The notes: a model not told the origin generated them from the sequence alone. DNA of 64,000 bases from Trypanosoma brucei (GCA_000002445.1 CH464491.1:1376001-1440000); one strand, 5' to 3'. Shown: positions 18,879 to 29,914, numbered from the stretch's first letter. Program-made: numbers and translations.

Positions 18879-20684
18879 ATGAGTGGGTCACCGAGTGACG
18901 TTGTACGCAAGGCGTGGTCGGATATAGCGTTAGATAGCCGATTGGTGGAGGCTATTAAGAAACTGAAGTGGAAGGCCCCTACCCCAGTGCAGAGCGCATG
19001 TATTCCGTTGGCGATGAAGGGGAGAGATTTGGCGATTCAGTCACAGACAGGTACCGGTAAAACTGGGGCCTTTCTCATTCCAGTAATACAGCGCATTATT
19101 ACCGAGAATGAACGTGCATGTGGCCGCCGCAACGCGCAAAACCCTGTCGCTCTAATATTGTTGCCATCGGAGGAACTCTGCAAGCAGACGGTGGAGGTCG
19201 CTAATGCGCTGACAAGATATGTGAAACCGCGAATTATAGTGAATGATTTAACCTCACGTGTATCCACCGCAAATGCGTTGCGCCTCACCGCTGCACCAAT
19301 ACTTGTTAGCACCGCTGCCTCGCTGGGCAAACTGTGCCGCAATGGTTCTGTTACCTCAGATGACATGAAGCCGCTGCGTTGCGTTGTGATTGACGAGGCC
19401 GACCTGATCATGTCGATTGCGGAGGGCTCACTACGAGCAGTGCAATCAGTGCTACCAACGTCTGCGCAGACAATCTTGGCTTCCGCCACGTTAACGGATG
19501 GTGTCGCTCAGATTAAGGGCCAGCTACTTCATAATCCAATAACGGTATCACTTAAGCCAGATGACGGGGAGAAGGAACCGACAGGTTGTGAAGGGCCAGT
19601 GGGGGCAGAGGACGTTGTGTTGGAGTCACGTGTGACGGTTCGCGGTGGTGCAGCAGCCGCTGGTACGTTGCGCCATTACTACTTGGTGTCAACTGATGAG
19701 TGCCATCATCACACCCTGTTGTATGCACTTTACCGTCTAGGGCACATTAAGGGTAAGACCCTTGTCTTCGTGAACTCTGAGGATACAACATACAAGTTGC
19801 ATAATTTCCTTGCGCAGTTGGGCATCAACGCTCTCGTATATGACAGCAACTTACCGATGAATGTTCGTGTGGATGCGCTTCGCCGCTTTCAAACTGGGAA
19901 GGTTGGCACACTTGTGTGTACAGATGGGACGCTTGAAAGCTTGGACCGCATGCGGGGTGCAACTGACGGTGATGAGGAGACGACTACCTCTACTCCAAGG
20001 TCTAATTCACGGGGAAAGAGGAAGTCTCTCGCTGCGGGTGGTGATGAGGGTGGTAGTGCATTGCATCGTGGTATTGATTTCTCTGATGTGAGCAATGTTA
20101 TTCTCTTTGATGGTGTTACCAATGCCACAACCTCGGACTTCTCCCGTTACACGCACCGTGTGGGGCGTGCTGGGCGCGGAAACAAAGATGGAGTGGCCAT
20201 CACATTTTTAACCCTTCATCAAGCGAGGAAGGTGAAGCAGCAACTACGTGACTACCTGGGGGGTACATTCCAATCTTTCGCTCCTTTCAAGCAGCTGGAT
20301 CGACATGCGGCGTCACGATTGCAGTACCGCGTGGACAATGTGTTGGCATCGATCACCCGCTCCTCTACTCGCCGTCAGCGCGTTGCAGCCGTCGCGGCGG
20401 AGCTTACGCGTAGTGCGCACCTCATGAGCCATATGGGTGATAAAGACAGTGGCGTCCTCAAGCGTATTCTCTCACGCTCCAAGGGAGATACAAAGTGCGA
20501 CCAAACAGTGGTGGATGTGCCGGAATATATGCGTATTAAAGGAGCTGACTCTGCGGAGAGTTACCGTAGGCGGGTGCGCGCACCAAAAAAACATACGACA
20601 GCGGTTGCCAAACGGTCAGCCCAAAAAAGGTCTCGTGACCCACTTGGTAGTTTGACGAGTTCGTTGAAGCGGCGCAAGTTGTAA
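18879..20684 (+). CDS. DBP9: DEAD-box ATP-dependent RNA helicase, DDX56/DBP9-type
   Basis: Motifs present: Q-motif PTPVQ, motif I SQTGTGKTGAF, motif II VIDEADLIM, motif III SAT, motif VI HRVGRAGRG. About 40 aa are inserted between LVCTD and HRGIDF (motif V), as in DDX56/Dbp9. The C-terminal tail is basic. Confidence 0.85.
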   Translation: MSGSPSDVVRKAWSDIALDSRLVEAIKKLKWKAPTPVQSACIPLAMKGRDLAIQSQTGTGKTGAFLIPVIQRIITENERACGRRNAQNPVALILLPSEELCKQTVEVANALTRYVKPRIIVNDLTSRVSTANALRLTAAPILVSTAASLGKLCRNGSVTSDDMKPLRCVVIDEADLIMSIAEGSLRAVQSVLPTSAQTILASATLTDGVAQIKGQLLHNPITVSLKPDDGEKEPTGCEGPVGAEDVVLESRVTVRGGAAAAGTLRHYYLVSTDECHHHTLLYALYRLGHIKGKTLVFVNSEDTTYKLHNFLAQLGINALVYDSNLPMNVRVDALRRFQTGKVGTLVCTDGTLESLDRMRGATDGDEETTTSTPRSNSRGKRKSLAAGGDEGGSALHRGIDFSDVSNVILFDGVTNATTSDFSRYTHRVGRAGRGNKDGVAITFLTLHQARKVKQQLRDYLGGTFQSFAPFKQLDRHAASRLQYRVDNVLASITRSSTRRQRVAAVAAELTRSAHLMSHMGDKDSGVLKRILSRSKGDTKCDQTVVDVPEYMRIKGADSAESYRRRVRAPKKHTTAVAKRSAQKRSRDPLGSLTSSLKRRKL

Positions 20685-20717
20685 CGTTTGGGTGTTGGAT
20701 CGCAAGAAGGAACTGTA

Positions 20718-20738
20718 CGTGTGTGTGTGTGTGTGTGC
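20718..20738. repeat. (GT)n microsatellite just 3' of DEAD-box helicase stop
   Basis: ACGTGTGTGTGTGTGTGTGTGCGCG. Confidence 0.9.
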
Positions 20739-21632
20739 GCGTCATCCACCGAAACCTTCATGCCACGATTTAATAGAAGGGAGAGGTGAATACGTTGGAA
20801 TAGTGCGGTGTCGAGACGATCTTTATAAGTAACCCGCGCTCAACTGAGGTCAACAGCCGACGACCCGAATCGCAACGCTCTAAAGTTTCTCCTAAAGTAA
20901 AGTGTGAGAAAAAAAATGATAACTCTAATGTGTATGCCATACCTCCCTTTTTCTGTTATTTGATATGTTTCTACATATACCTGTATATGTTCACATGCGC
21001 CGTATTGCTGTGTGATCGTGCTTTCTTCTCTTTTCTCCTTTCCGCATTTTGCTCTCTTTTAGTGGTAGTGCCAAACATGTGGGTACCGACGTTACGTCAC
21101 TTAATGTGTAGGGAAGGCGTTTGAGTGAGTGTGGATAATATAAGCGCTCCCTTTTTTCTCTTGCGCGCGGTTTTTCAGTTAGACTGCAGTGGAAAAGCAC
21201 AGCGTTGGTACGCACTTCCTTTCCATTTGGACTCACCGTGGCGCAAACTGAAGGCAGCGAGAAATAATGAGATGTGGATGGGTTAATATTTGGGACCGCT
21301 GCTCAGTTGCAGCAACTTTCAAGTTTCGCAGCGGACGGGTGATAAGAGCTTTTTTTTAAAAGGTGTCTGTTGCAGCTGATCTTATTGTTATTATTATAGC
21401 TATTGTCACTGACTTTTACTACTAGTTCTTTTGCTCGTTAATTGATTGTTGCCTGTTGACACTGGTTACTTCTTGGTGCAGTGGTTAACGCGTGTTGGTG
21501 CGGTGATTTGGGGGTTTAATCAGGAGATAAATATGAAGTTGATAGATTGGGTTGATCATGAGTGTCTTGAATCGGCTTCCCGCAATCTGGTCGATTGCTT
21601 TCACCACCCTTTTAGTGTTATCAGCATGCACA

Positions 21633-21717
21633 TCCTTCTTTACCATTCTTTACCCCCTTCTTGACGTTAGATAAGGACTAAGTTGTTTCAGTTTCAGGCC
21701 TTCTTTCCTCTTTGCAT
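21633..21717 (+). promoter_or_regulatory. polypyrimidine tracts + AG upstream of PPP phosphatase gene
   Basis: CATCCTTCTTTACCATTCTTTACCCCCTTCTTGACGTTAG and a second run TTGTTTCAGTTTCAGGCCTTCTTTCCTCTTTGCAT, immediately 5' of ATG 21718. Confidence 0.5.
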
Positions 21718-24219
21718 ATGGATTTAAACACAGTCGACGAGAGGTATGTATTTGTCACACCAGGCACAACCATACGCGTCGGTTGGGATGAGAACTGCGA
21801 TGTCGTTCTACCCGCACTGGGACCCTGTTTATTTAACGGCCGTTGCATTACTACTCGAAGGGGTTGTGATGTCCTCGTCTCGTGCACGACCGAAGGTGAC
21901 CTTCTGTTGGCGCTTACGGGTAATGGCATCCGCGTGATAATCAACGGCGTTCAGATAAAGCCGTCGTTTGCTCCCAGGAAGCTACCGCCGGGGGCCGTTG
22001 TTTCATTCAACAAACTCTCTCGGGAGTTTTCTTTTATCTTCGTTGCACGCGACTTGCGTGCGGCTAAGGCGGATGTGAAGCATGTGCCTCCGCCAGAAAA
22101 TTCCGCTGCCGATATTGCGCGCTTGGAGGAGTTTTTGTTAACCCTTAATCCGCAACCTCTTTTGTCCCACGCGCAGTTTGATCCGGAAAGTGCCTCGTTG
22201 CGGTCGCAGCACTTCGTGACTCTGGTTGATTCAGAGACCATTACGCACCAAAAGGTGAGCACAGATGAAACCTTACCGTCAACCCTAACCGTGACAGAGG
22301 TGGCGCCCACGGAAGAAGAGCTTGTCGCTGACGCGCGCACCAGTGCTCAAAGCCTAACAAGTCAAAGTGTGTCGCTGCATAATTATGTGAGGCGCTTTTC
22401 CACTAGCGGTGGGTTCACAAGCCTCTACTACAATGAGGAAGCAGAATTTTTGCAACCCCATCCAACTCCGTATCGTCAACAAGGTTTGTTGAACAACGTT
22501 GGAGCATCCCCGCACATTATTTCGTCTGTCGTTGTTGAACTTTGGGGTCGACGTGTGGCACTGCGCAACGTCGCTGATTTTTGCGATTCGAACGTGGACC
22601 AGCCTCAGATAAATCTAACAGGCGATGCGGAAGATCTCAATGGTGCCGAAACAAATCCATACATAACGTTTCATGGTGTAAAGAAAATGGGAGGAAGGCA
22701 ACAACGATGCATGGATAAGGAGATCCGTTCTGCCGCAGAAAACGTTTTGGAGTATCTCAACGATGCTTATGAGAGTGACGACGACAACTTTATCGAACTT
22801 CCTCAGCAAACAAAAGATAAGATTTTTGAATATTTCCTGCTTCTGGCAACTCACATGATGAAAGCAGTAAAAGCGATGCCCGTAGCGCTACGACTTACCT
22901 CTCCTGTTGTATGCTGTGGTGACGTGCACGGTAGTTTTTCTGATCTCAAACAAATCTTTGATAACGTTGTCCCCTTCAAACACTGGTCGCTTATGACGAG
23001 GCCGGTGTTATTCCTTGGAGATTACGTGGATCGGGGCCCACATGATGTTGAGGTAATGCTTTTTTTGTTCGCATGGTGCACTTTGTGTCCCGAAAACGTG
23101 TTTTTGCTTCGAGGTAATCATGAGGATGACCGGGTGAATGGTGATACGGAGCTCTATGGCGAAACGTCATTCCTGGTTAAGTGTTTGACCTTTTTCGGTG
23201 AGGAGAAAGGTAGCATATTTTGGAGACGCGTTAACGATGTTTTTGCAGTGCTTCCCCTAGTGGCCATAATTGATGACACGACTTTTGTGTGCCATGGTGG
23301 TATTCCGCGACTTCGTGGGAGACAGCTCGTGCAAGCTGGCACCACGATGGGCGACAATGAAGATGGAGGGAACGCAGCAGCTCCATTTCCGGAATGGAAA
23401 CTTTGGCAAGAACACGGTGCAGAGAATGGTAACTCGTCGTACAGTTGCGATGGGCTTTCCTCTACCAATGATGCGATTGCACAAGTTGAAGATGATATCC
23501 CTGGGGAGGATTTGATGCAAGAGCTTTTGGAGAGTGTACCTGGTGGCCCGGGTGATGTTCGTTTTTACAGTGTTATGCCAGATGATAACGATGACTGCCT
23601 GACTGCTAAGCGCCGGCGCATTGCTCGTGAGTTACTTTGGAACGATCCGTGTACGACCCCATCGTTGCGTAAGAGACACTCGCTTCCACAAGGTGTGTCG
23701 GATATGATGGGATCTTTTACAGACGAGGAAAGTGGTAATATGGCTGCAGTAATGCCGCTGCCGCAGCGAAATGGTTTCAATTCTCAAGGTTTCCGCTGCA
23801 ACCACGCGCGCGGTTGTTCGGTAGATACTTTCCATGAGTTCAATTCGTTTGCACTTGATAACTTTCTGCAGCGGTGGGGGTTCACATTGGTGATACGTGC
23901 GCACGAGCAGAAGGATGCTGGGTTGGAGGTGGGGCTCGCTCAGCGTGTCCTCACACTCTTCTCCTGTAGTAATTACACTGGTGGCGACAATAATGGTGGG
24001 GCTTGTGTTATTGTCGGTGGTGAAGTGCGTCCCGTGTCATGGCGTCGCCCTTGTCCCGTGCTGGGCAGGAGTCCCTCAGCAGATGATCCCGATATTTGGA
24101 AAATGAAGCGCTTGAGGGAGGAGGTTGGCCGCAACAATTCGTGCAGCTCTTATCTGCATTTCCCCGGGCCTCAAATCGTGCCGTCTTATGTCGGTAAACC
24201 TGTGGTTAACCTTGATTGA
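21718..24219 (+). CDS. PPP-family Ser/Thr protein phosphatase with N-terminal FHA-like domain and large catalytic-domain insertions
   Basis: PPP catalytic motifs are all present: GDVHG, GDYVDRG, GNHE, HGG, LLWNDP, RG..F, RAHE. The N-terminal ~100 aa resemble an FHA fold (GNGIRVIINGVQI...LPPGAVVSF). The track start 21712 is TTG, so the first ATG is 21718. Confidence 0.8.
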   Translation: MDLNTVDERYVFVTPGTTIRVGWDENCDVVLPALGPCLFNGRCITTRRGCDVLVSCTTEGDLLLALTGNGIRVIINGVQIKPSFAPRKLPPGAVVSFNKLSREFSFIFVARDLRAAKADVKHVPPPENSAADIARLEEFLLTLNPQPLLSHAQFDPESASLRSQHFVTLVDSETITHQKVSTDETLPSTLTVTEVAPTEEELVADARTSAQSLTSQSVSLHNYVRRFSTSGGFTSLYYNEEAEFLQPHPTPYRQQGLLNNVGASPHIISSVVVELWGRRVALRNVADFCDSNVDQPQINLTGDAEDLNGAETNPYITFHGVKKMGGRQQRCMDKEIRSAAENVLEYLNDAYESDDDNFIELPQQTKDKIFEYFLLLATHMMKAVKAMPVALRLTSPVVCCGDVHGSFSDLKQIFDNVVPFKHWSLMTRPVLFLGDYVDRGPHDVEVMLFLFAWCTLCPENVFLLRGNHEDDRVNGDTELYGETSFLVKCLTFFGEEKGSIFWRRVNDVFAVLPLVAIIDDTTFVCHGGIPRLRGRQLVQAGTTMGDNEDGGNAAAPFPEWKLWQEHGAENGNSSYSCDGLSSTNDAIAQVEDDIPGEDLMQELLESVPGGPGDVRFYSVMPDDNDDCLTAKRRRIARELLWNDPCTTPSLRKRHSLPQGVSDMMGSFTDEESGNMAAVMPLPQRNGFNSQGFRCNHARGCSVDTFHEFNSFALDNFLQRWGFTLVIRAHEQKDAGLEVGLAQRVLTLFSCSNYTGGDNNGGACVIVGGEVRPVSWRRPCPVLGRSPSADDPDIWKMKRLREEVGRNNSCSSYLHFPGPQIVPSYVGKPVVNLD

Positions 24220-25275
24220 AGTGCGGTGGTTCACGCACGGGGAAAGGGGTGATAAGACTACGGTGCTCTGCTGGTTTTCGGCACTCAGCTGATATTGTAT
24301 CATTTCTAAGCTGTTCTTTTTCTCTTATAAATAGTTGTTTATCGCGCGTATTTTTGTATATGTTTTTTTCGTTGTTGTTGGATCAACCAAATAAATAAGT
24401 ACATGTATTTGAGCTGCGTACGATGTTGCACTTGTCGCTGCAGGGCAGCGGGTTTACAAACTGTTCCTGAGCGTCAGTCCAGAGAACCGCTTCTGTTAAA
24501 GTGTAAATAAACTTTCAATGAGACCTTTTCTCCTCTTTTCATTGGTGGCCTCATGAGGTATCACCTTTTCTCCTCTTTTCATTTTGCCTTCATCTTCGTG
24601 AGCCTCACTCTTCAGTCACGGGCGGTGCGACGTTGTCGATGACTGCCCGATATGTTGTGCGTGGCATATTATTTATCTATTTTTTGCTCTTATTTTCACA
24701 TCACAAATGTGGGCGTGCAGATTTATCATTTGAATTGCCTGTCATAAGTTTGTTTTCATCTCTTTCCCGACTTCTTTAGCTAATCTTATGTTTTTTCTGT
24801 AATATTTGCTGTTCTTACGTTTCTTTAAATACTTTTTTTTTTATAATGGGAACAGGCGCTAACGCATCCGTCGTAATTCTCTAACACAGTGAAAAGAGGA
24901 GGTTAAACGGATGTCATAAGGGCCGCTGGCCTCAAATGTGTTTATGTGAATTTGGATTAATTTTTGGACCATTGCCTCGCGCATTTGTTCTCAGGTTGGA
25001 CCATCTACTTGCAATTTCTCCATGTGGCTCCGGTGGCGACTGAGTAGTGAATCACTTTATGTCTTTTCCTTTTTCCTCTTTTCCTAAGATACAAACGGGT
25101 GTGCACCTTTTGACGTAGAAAATAAACAAAATAAAAACCGAAAAGAGGATATATACACACACTTATTACAACCGCCGAAGCAACCGTAGAGGACTCCGTA
25201 GTTGCTGAATTCTTTACCCCAGTTATATAGAAAACTCTTAAGGTCATTTTTTTTTATCATTACGAAGGGGTTAAA

Positions 25276-27243
25276 ATGGATACCAATGCACGCCGAGCAA
25301 GCGGTGGGAGTGCTGCTTCCGTAGATGCGGCTCCAGTAGCTGCTGCTCCCCCAGAGGATGACCGCGACGCAGTGATTGAGCGCATTTTAAAAGCTACTGA
25401 TCCTGTTGTCATGTCCACACCAGTGTACTTTGACTACAGAAAGGATGCCCGCACTTATCGCTTCTTTCCGAGTGTTGGCCAAACTGCCAGGCACTTTTCC
25501 GTTGATGGCGGCTCCGTACTGAAGGATGATCCCGAAGCGATACAACAACGTGAGGACCGGCAACGCCGTGAGCACGACACAGAGCTCGCTGCCCGTGCGG
25601 AGTTGAATCCGGACCTGGTCGATAAGGGTGTTTCTACGAGTATTTTGAAGAATCAGTTTAACTACAGCGATCGTGGGAGTCAAACAATGAATAATGCGAT
25701 GGTGGAGCGATGCGTGCTGACTGACCCGCCGCCGTCAGCAACCTTCAGTGCTATGGCAACGGCGTGGGAGATATACGATGCCTACGAGGAGGATCGGATC
25801 CAGACCGAAAAGTCTGCTGCGGCGGTTCAGAAAAAGACCACTAGTCATCGCCCAACTAAGGAAGATAAACTCAGCAGCACTGCCGATGAATCAGGTGGTG
25901 CTAAGACAGCTGAAGAGGTGCTCAGTTCGGCTGCGTACAAGCACTCCCTCAAGATCATCGAGCGCATGGTGAATCAGAATGACTGCCATGATATTATTGA
26001 AGACTTCAAGTACTGGGAAGATGAGAGTGACCTTTACAAGGAGGATGGTAACCTACTGCCCTTATGGCAATTCTTCACCAACAAGGTGAAACATCGTGCG
26101 GTAACCAGCATTGCCCTTAACAATCGTTACAAGGACCTGTTCGCTGTAGGCTTTGGTAGCTACGACTTCCAGCGACAAGGAAAAGGTGCGATTCATTGTT
26201 TCACGCTGAAGAACACGGTTCCCACTGTCCCCAATTCTCCACTTCCTGCTCATCCAGAGATGTCCTTCACTGTTTCAAGTGGTGTTATGTGCCTGTCGTT
26301 TCACCCAGTGGAGACATCTTTGCTTGCCTGTGGGCTCTATGACGGGTCGGTCTGCGTATTTGACTTGCGCATGCATGATAAACCAAAGGAGGAAGCCAAA
26401 CAGATTTGTCAGGCAACCGTAAGATCGGGGAAACACACTGAACCGGTATGGGAAGTGCAGTGGTGTCGCAGCACTGTAGACCTTCGCTTCTATTCCATCA
26501 GTACAGACGGCCGCATCACCAGTTGGTCACTGCAGAAGAAAGAATTGATTTTCAAGGATGTAATGAAAACAACAACGGGCGCATGTGTCTTCGATCCTGA
26601 ATCACTGGTACTTAGTCGCCTTAGTGGAACCTGCTTTGACTTCTCCAATGCGTACGAAAACCTTTTTATTGTGGGTACGCAGGAGGGCGCTCTGATGCTC
26701 TGCAGCAAAGGGTACAATGGTCAGTGCCTAGAGAGATATGAGGGTCACACCATGCCCGTGTACACTGCACGCTGGAATCCGTTCCATCCCGATGTCTTCC
26801 TCACGTGTTCTGCCGATTGGACCGTGAAATTGTGGTTGAGGAGTTCGACAAAACCGCTGTTAACATTTGATGCGGGTGATTCTGTTGGTGACGTCGCGTG
26901 GGCGCCGTATAGTTCTACTGTCTTTTCGGCTGTAACGTCCAACGGTAAAGTGATGGTCTTTGACTTAAATAAGAATAAGCGCGAGCCACTTTGCTCTCAA
27001 ACGGTTGTAAAGAATGCCAAACTCACCCATGTTGTCTTCCACAAGCAAGATCCGGTTGTGCTGGTAGGAGATTCACGTGGCTCAGTACTTATTCTTAAAT
27101 TGTCCCCCAACCTCCGTACTCTGTGTAAACCGAAGAAAGGTGAACCAGAGGACCCGCAGCATATGCGCCAGATGGAGGTAGACAAACTGAACCGCCTAAT
27201 AGATATCACCTTGAAGGATAGAATTCTCCTGGGGCAGGCGTGA
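25276..27243 (+). CDS. Dynein intermediate chain (axonemal-type), WD40
   Basis: The signature NQFNYSDRGSQT (dynein IC NQFNFSERASQT motif) is present. An N-terminal coiled region and C-terminal WD repeats (CGLYDGSVCVFDLR, TCSADWTVKLW, VGDSRGSVLILKL) follow. Length is 655 aa. Confidence 0.8.
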   Translation: MDTNARRASGGSAASVDAAPVAAAPPEDDRDAVIERILKATDPVVMSTPVYFDYRKDARTYRFFPSVGQTARHFSVDGGSVLKDDPEAIQQREDRQRREHDTELAARAELNPDLVDKGVSTSILKNQFNYSDRGSQTMNNAMVERCVLTDPPPSATFSAMATAWEIYDAYEEDRIQTEKSAAAVQKKTTSHRPTKEDKLSSTADESGGAKTAEEVLSSAAYKHSLKIIERMVNQNDCHDIIEDFKYWEDESDLYKEDGNLLPLWQFFTNKVKHRAVTSIALNNRYKDLFAVGFGSYDFQRQGKGAIHCFTLKNTVPTVPNSPLPAHPEMSFTVSSGVMCLSFHPVETSLLACGLYDGSVCVFDLRMHDKPKEEAKQICQATVRSGKHTEPVWEVQWCRSTVDLRFYSISTDGRITSWSLQKKELIFKDVMKTTTGACVFDPESLVLSRLSGTCFDFSNAYENLFIVGTQEGALMLCSKGYNGQCLERYEGHTMPVYTARWNPFHPDVFLTCSADWTVKLWLRSSTKPLLTFDAGDSVGDVAWAPYSSTVFSAVTSNGKVMVFDLNKNKREPLCSQTVVKNAKLTHVVFHKQDPVVLVGDSRGSVLILKLSPNLRTLCKPKKGEPEDPQHMRQMEVDKLNRLIDITLKDRILLGQA

Positions 27244-27282
27244 GAGGTTGCGCGTAGAGGCTTGAAGGAGGGTTTGTGCGTT

Positions 27283-27315
<33 letters not shown>

Positions 27316-27318
27316 TTG
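27283..27318. repeat. compound (TA)n(TG)n microsatellite 3' of dynein IC gene
   Basis: TATATATATATATATATATGTGTGTGTGTGTGTTTGTG. Confidence 0.9.
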
Positions 27319-28804
27319 TGATGGATTATGAATGAGGCAAGTCCTATTGATGGTGTACTTGAAGGATGGTGGTGGTGTGGTGCTTAGATGTGTATATATG
27401 CATGTGTGTTTATGTGTGTGACGGAGCCGCCAGAGTGTGGCCAACCGCGAGAGGATTAGAGAGAAATATGAGTGAGTGATGTTTAGGGGGGTTGGGAGGC
27501 AATGGAATACCGGGAAGAGCGATGAAGGAGAAGGTGATAGAGAAAGGACGAAGCAACAACAACAAAAAGAAGTGTGCAACCCCGGAAGAAGAAATGAAAC
27601 AAGCGCTTATGATGGAGTGGTGAAGGGAAAGGAAGGAGATACAAGTGATAATTTCTCTTCTCCCCCCTTCGTTACCCAATATTGAGGCTCTAGAGGTGTC
27701 GCTAGCAGGCTGCTCCCTCCTTTCTTCTCCAGTAAGAAGAAAAAAAAATACGAAACCAACAACACGAGAGATGAAAAAAAAAAAGAAAGTAAATTAAGAG
27801 AATGTATAATTATTGTTTGTGTGGTCGTAGGTCGGAGGGATGCCAACACCTGCAGCGAGCTGTGAGCTGCAGTGACTGTAACAATAGATAGAAGGACAGT
27901 TGTTGTTATTGTGGCAATTAGGTGTAGGCAATGGTGTGTCCTTCCCACTGCCTTCGCCGTCTCCCTCTTTTGTTTTCCCTCTTCTCTATATTATTTTTAT
28001 CCTTCTTGCAATAATGTACATATATGCAAACGCGAACCAGAAACATGTATGTGTACGGTTCAGCTGTGCATGTGGTGACGTGACTCATGCACTAACGCCC
28101 GTAGCGCTTCTCGTTAGTGACCACAATTTGTGAAGGCTACTCATGTTCGTTATGTGTTTCTGCCAATACGTTATGCAGTTTCAGTTGGTGATGCATTGTT
28201 TGGCCGAGCTTTTCTCGCACTGTGTCCCGTTCCACTTTTTTTTTTTTTGTCTCTCAAGCATCTTCCTGTGGGTTTAATCATTTCTTTTTTCATACCGCAA
28301 TTTCTCTCCTTGCTCCTAACTGTGCCTTTCCCCTTCTGTTTTGCTCTAATGCAGTTCCTAGACCTTAATTAAGGATCTTTACATCCTGTGGCGTGCAACT
28401 GGCATTGGTTCGGCGCTCTGTGAGTGAACTTGACCGGTGGTAGGGTCCCCCATAAATTCATTCATTCATTTCGCTTTCTGCCGACTGCTTGCGGTCTTTG
28501 AGGGTGAGCATACCGTTCCACGCTTATTGAACGTTGTGTGAGATTCTTGGGAACAGGAAGTGTGTAAAACACACTAAGCAGTAACCGCTGATTTTGCACG
28601 ATTAAACAAGTAGCCGAGTGGTTGTGACTGAGCAACTCAGACCAAAGGTTGCTCACTGGGCACAGTTGCGGTAGTCAGTTGGAGTACAACGTTGCAAATA
28701 CGAGAGCTGGAAACCACTGCGTGGTGAAGTGAGACGACTTGCACACAAGGTTTAGCGTCTGCCCCCGGTAATAGGTAAGCAAGGAGGGAAAGGCAGAGGG
28801 CCGC

Positions 28805-29914
28805 ATGTCGGATCTCCGTCGAGTTGAGAGTCTGAACGCGGACACCTTCCGCCGACTCAACGCAACCTCCGTTGTGAAGTCTTTTTGGCACACTCAACTA
28901 CGAGCTGCAACGGCTGCATCACGTGGAGCCAAGGACGATTCACTTGCGACTGCTAATGAAGAAACACCTGTTGCCACCAGAAAGCTGCGTTCAGCGGCCT
29001 CATCTGCGGAGAAGAGTGCAGGAGGGCTCACAGACTCTACGGTGTACAGTAGCAGCAGCAGTAGTAGTAACTCACGCTTATCTGTGAGCGCCACTCTCCC
29101 CGGGTTTCCCTCTCCAACAGAAACGCGCCGTCGTCTACGGGCCGCAGCGCTGTCGGCAGAGCGCCACCGTGCTGAGGAGTCGGATGAAGAGAAACCTGAT
29201 CCCGTTGCGAGAACGCTGTTTCAGAACTTTTTACTGCAGGAGTATGATGCTCTCGACAGCCGCCCAGTTCTTACAGTTGTTCTTGATTTGGACGAGACAC
29301 TTGTGAGCAACCGTGACTCTGGAGCTACCGGTGCAATTCTTCGACCCTACTGTCTGCACATGTTGAATGCTTTGCGGCACATGCAGGGACTAGAGGTTGT
29401 ACTTTGGACTGCTTCAACCAAGGAAACGGCGGCCCCCGTAATTCGACAGCTTAGTCAGAGTGGCCCCGTCTTTGATGATGTCATTTGCCGCAATAGCTCG
29501 TGGTTTACGGAGCCGTTGCATACCAAAGATCTCCGACTACTGGGTCGTGACATGAGCCGGGTAATAATCTTCGATAATTCCACTGCCTGCTGCAAACTGA
29601 ACCCGCGTAATGCTGTTATTGTTGATGACTTCCGTGGTGTTCGCAACACATCTGACGCAGCTCTGGTGAACGTGTACTACATAATTGAGCGCTCCTTTAA
29701 TGGCTGTTGCGCAGGTGTTTCGGTGCTGGAGACGTTGGTGAAGTTAGCTGTGGAGAAACAGTTGTGTATGCCGGAAGTGCTCCACCTTCCTGAGTCATGG
29801 AGGCATATTCCACTGAGGGAAATCGCGCCACTAAAGGTACCACCGCATGGTATTTTCTTTCGAGCGCACAGTACCCCGCTTAATGACAGCATTATGCAGC
29901 ACTGGACGGTGTAA
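28805..29914 (+). CDS. NLI-interacting-factor (NIF/FCP1-like) HAD-family phosphatase domain protein
   Basis: The catalytic DxDx(T/V) motif is in LTVVLDLDETLVSNR, followed by a NIF-like core (LEVVLWTASTKETAAPVIRQL...VIIFDNS). The N-terminal ~150 aa are low-complexity with a poly-Ser run. Confidence 0.75.
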   Translation: MSDLRRVESLNADTFRRLNATSVVKSFWHTQLRAATAASRGAKDDSLATANEETPVATRKLRSAASSAEKSAGGLTDSTVYSSSSSSSNSRLSVSATLPGFPSPTETRRRLRAAALSAERHRAEESDEEKPDPVARTLFQNFLLQEYDALDSRPVLTVVLDLDETLVSNRDSGATGAILRPYCLHMLNALRHMQGLEVVLWTASTKETAAPVIRQLSQSGPVFDDVICRNSSWFTEPLHTKDLRLLGRDMSRVIIFDNSTACCKLNPRNAVIVDDFRGVRNTSDAALVNVYYIIERSFNGCCAGVSVLETLVKLAVEKQLCMPEVLHLPESWRHIPLREIAPLKVPPHGIFFRAHSTPLNDSIMQHWTV

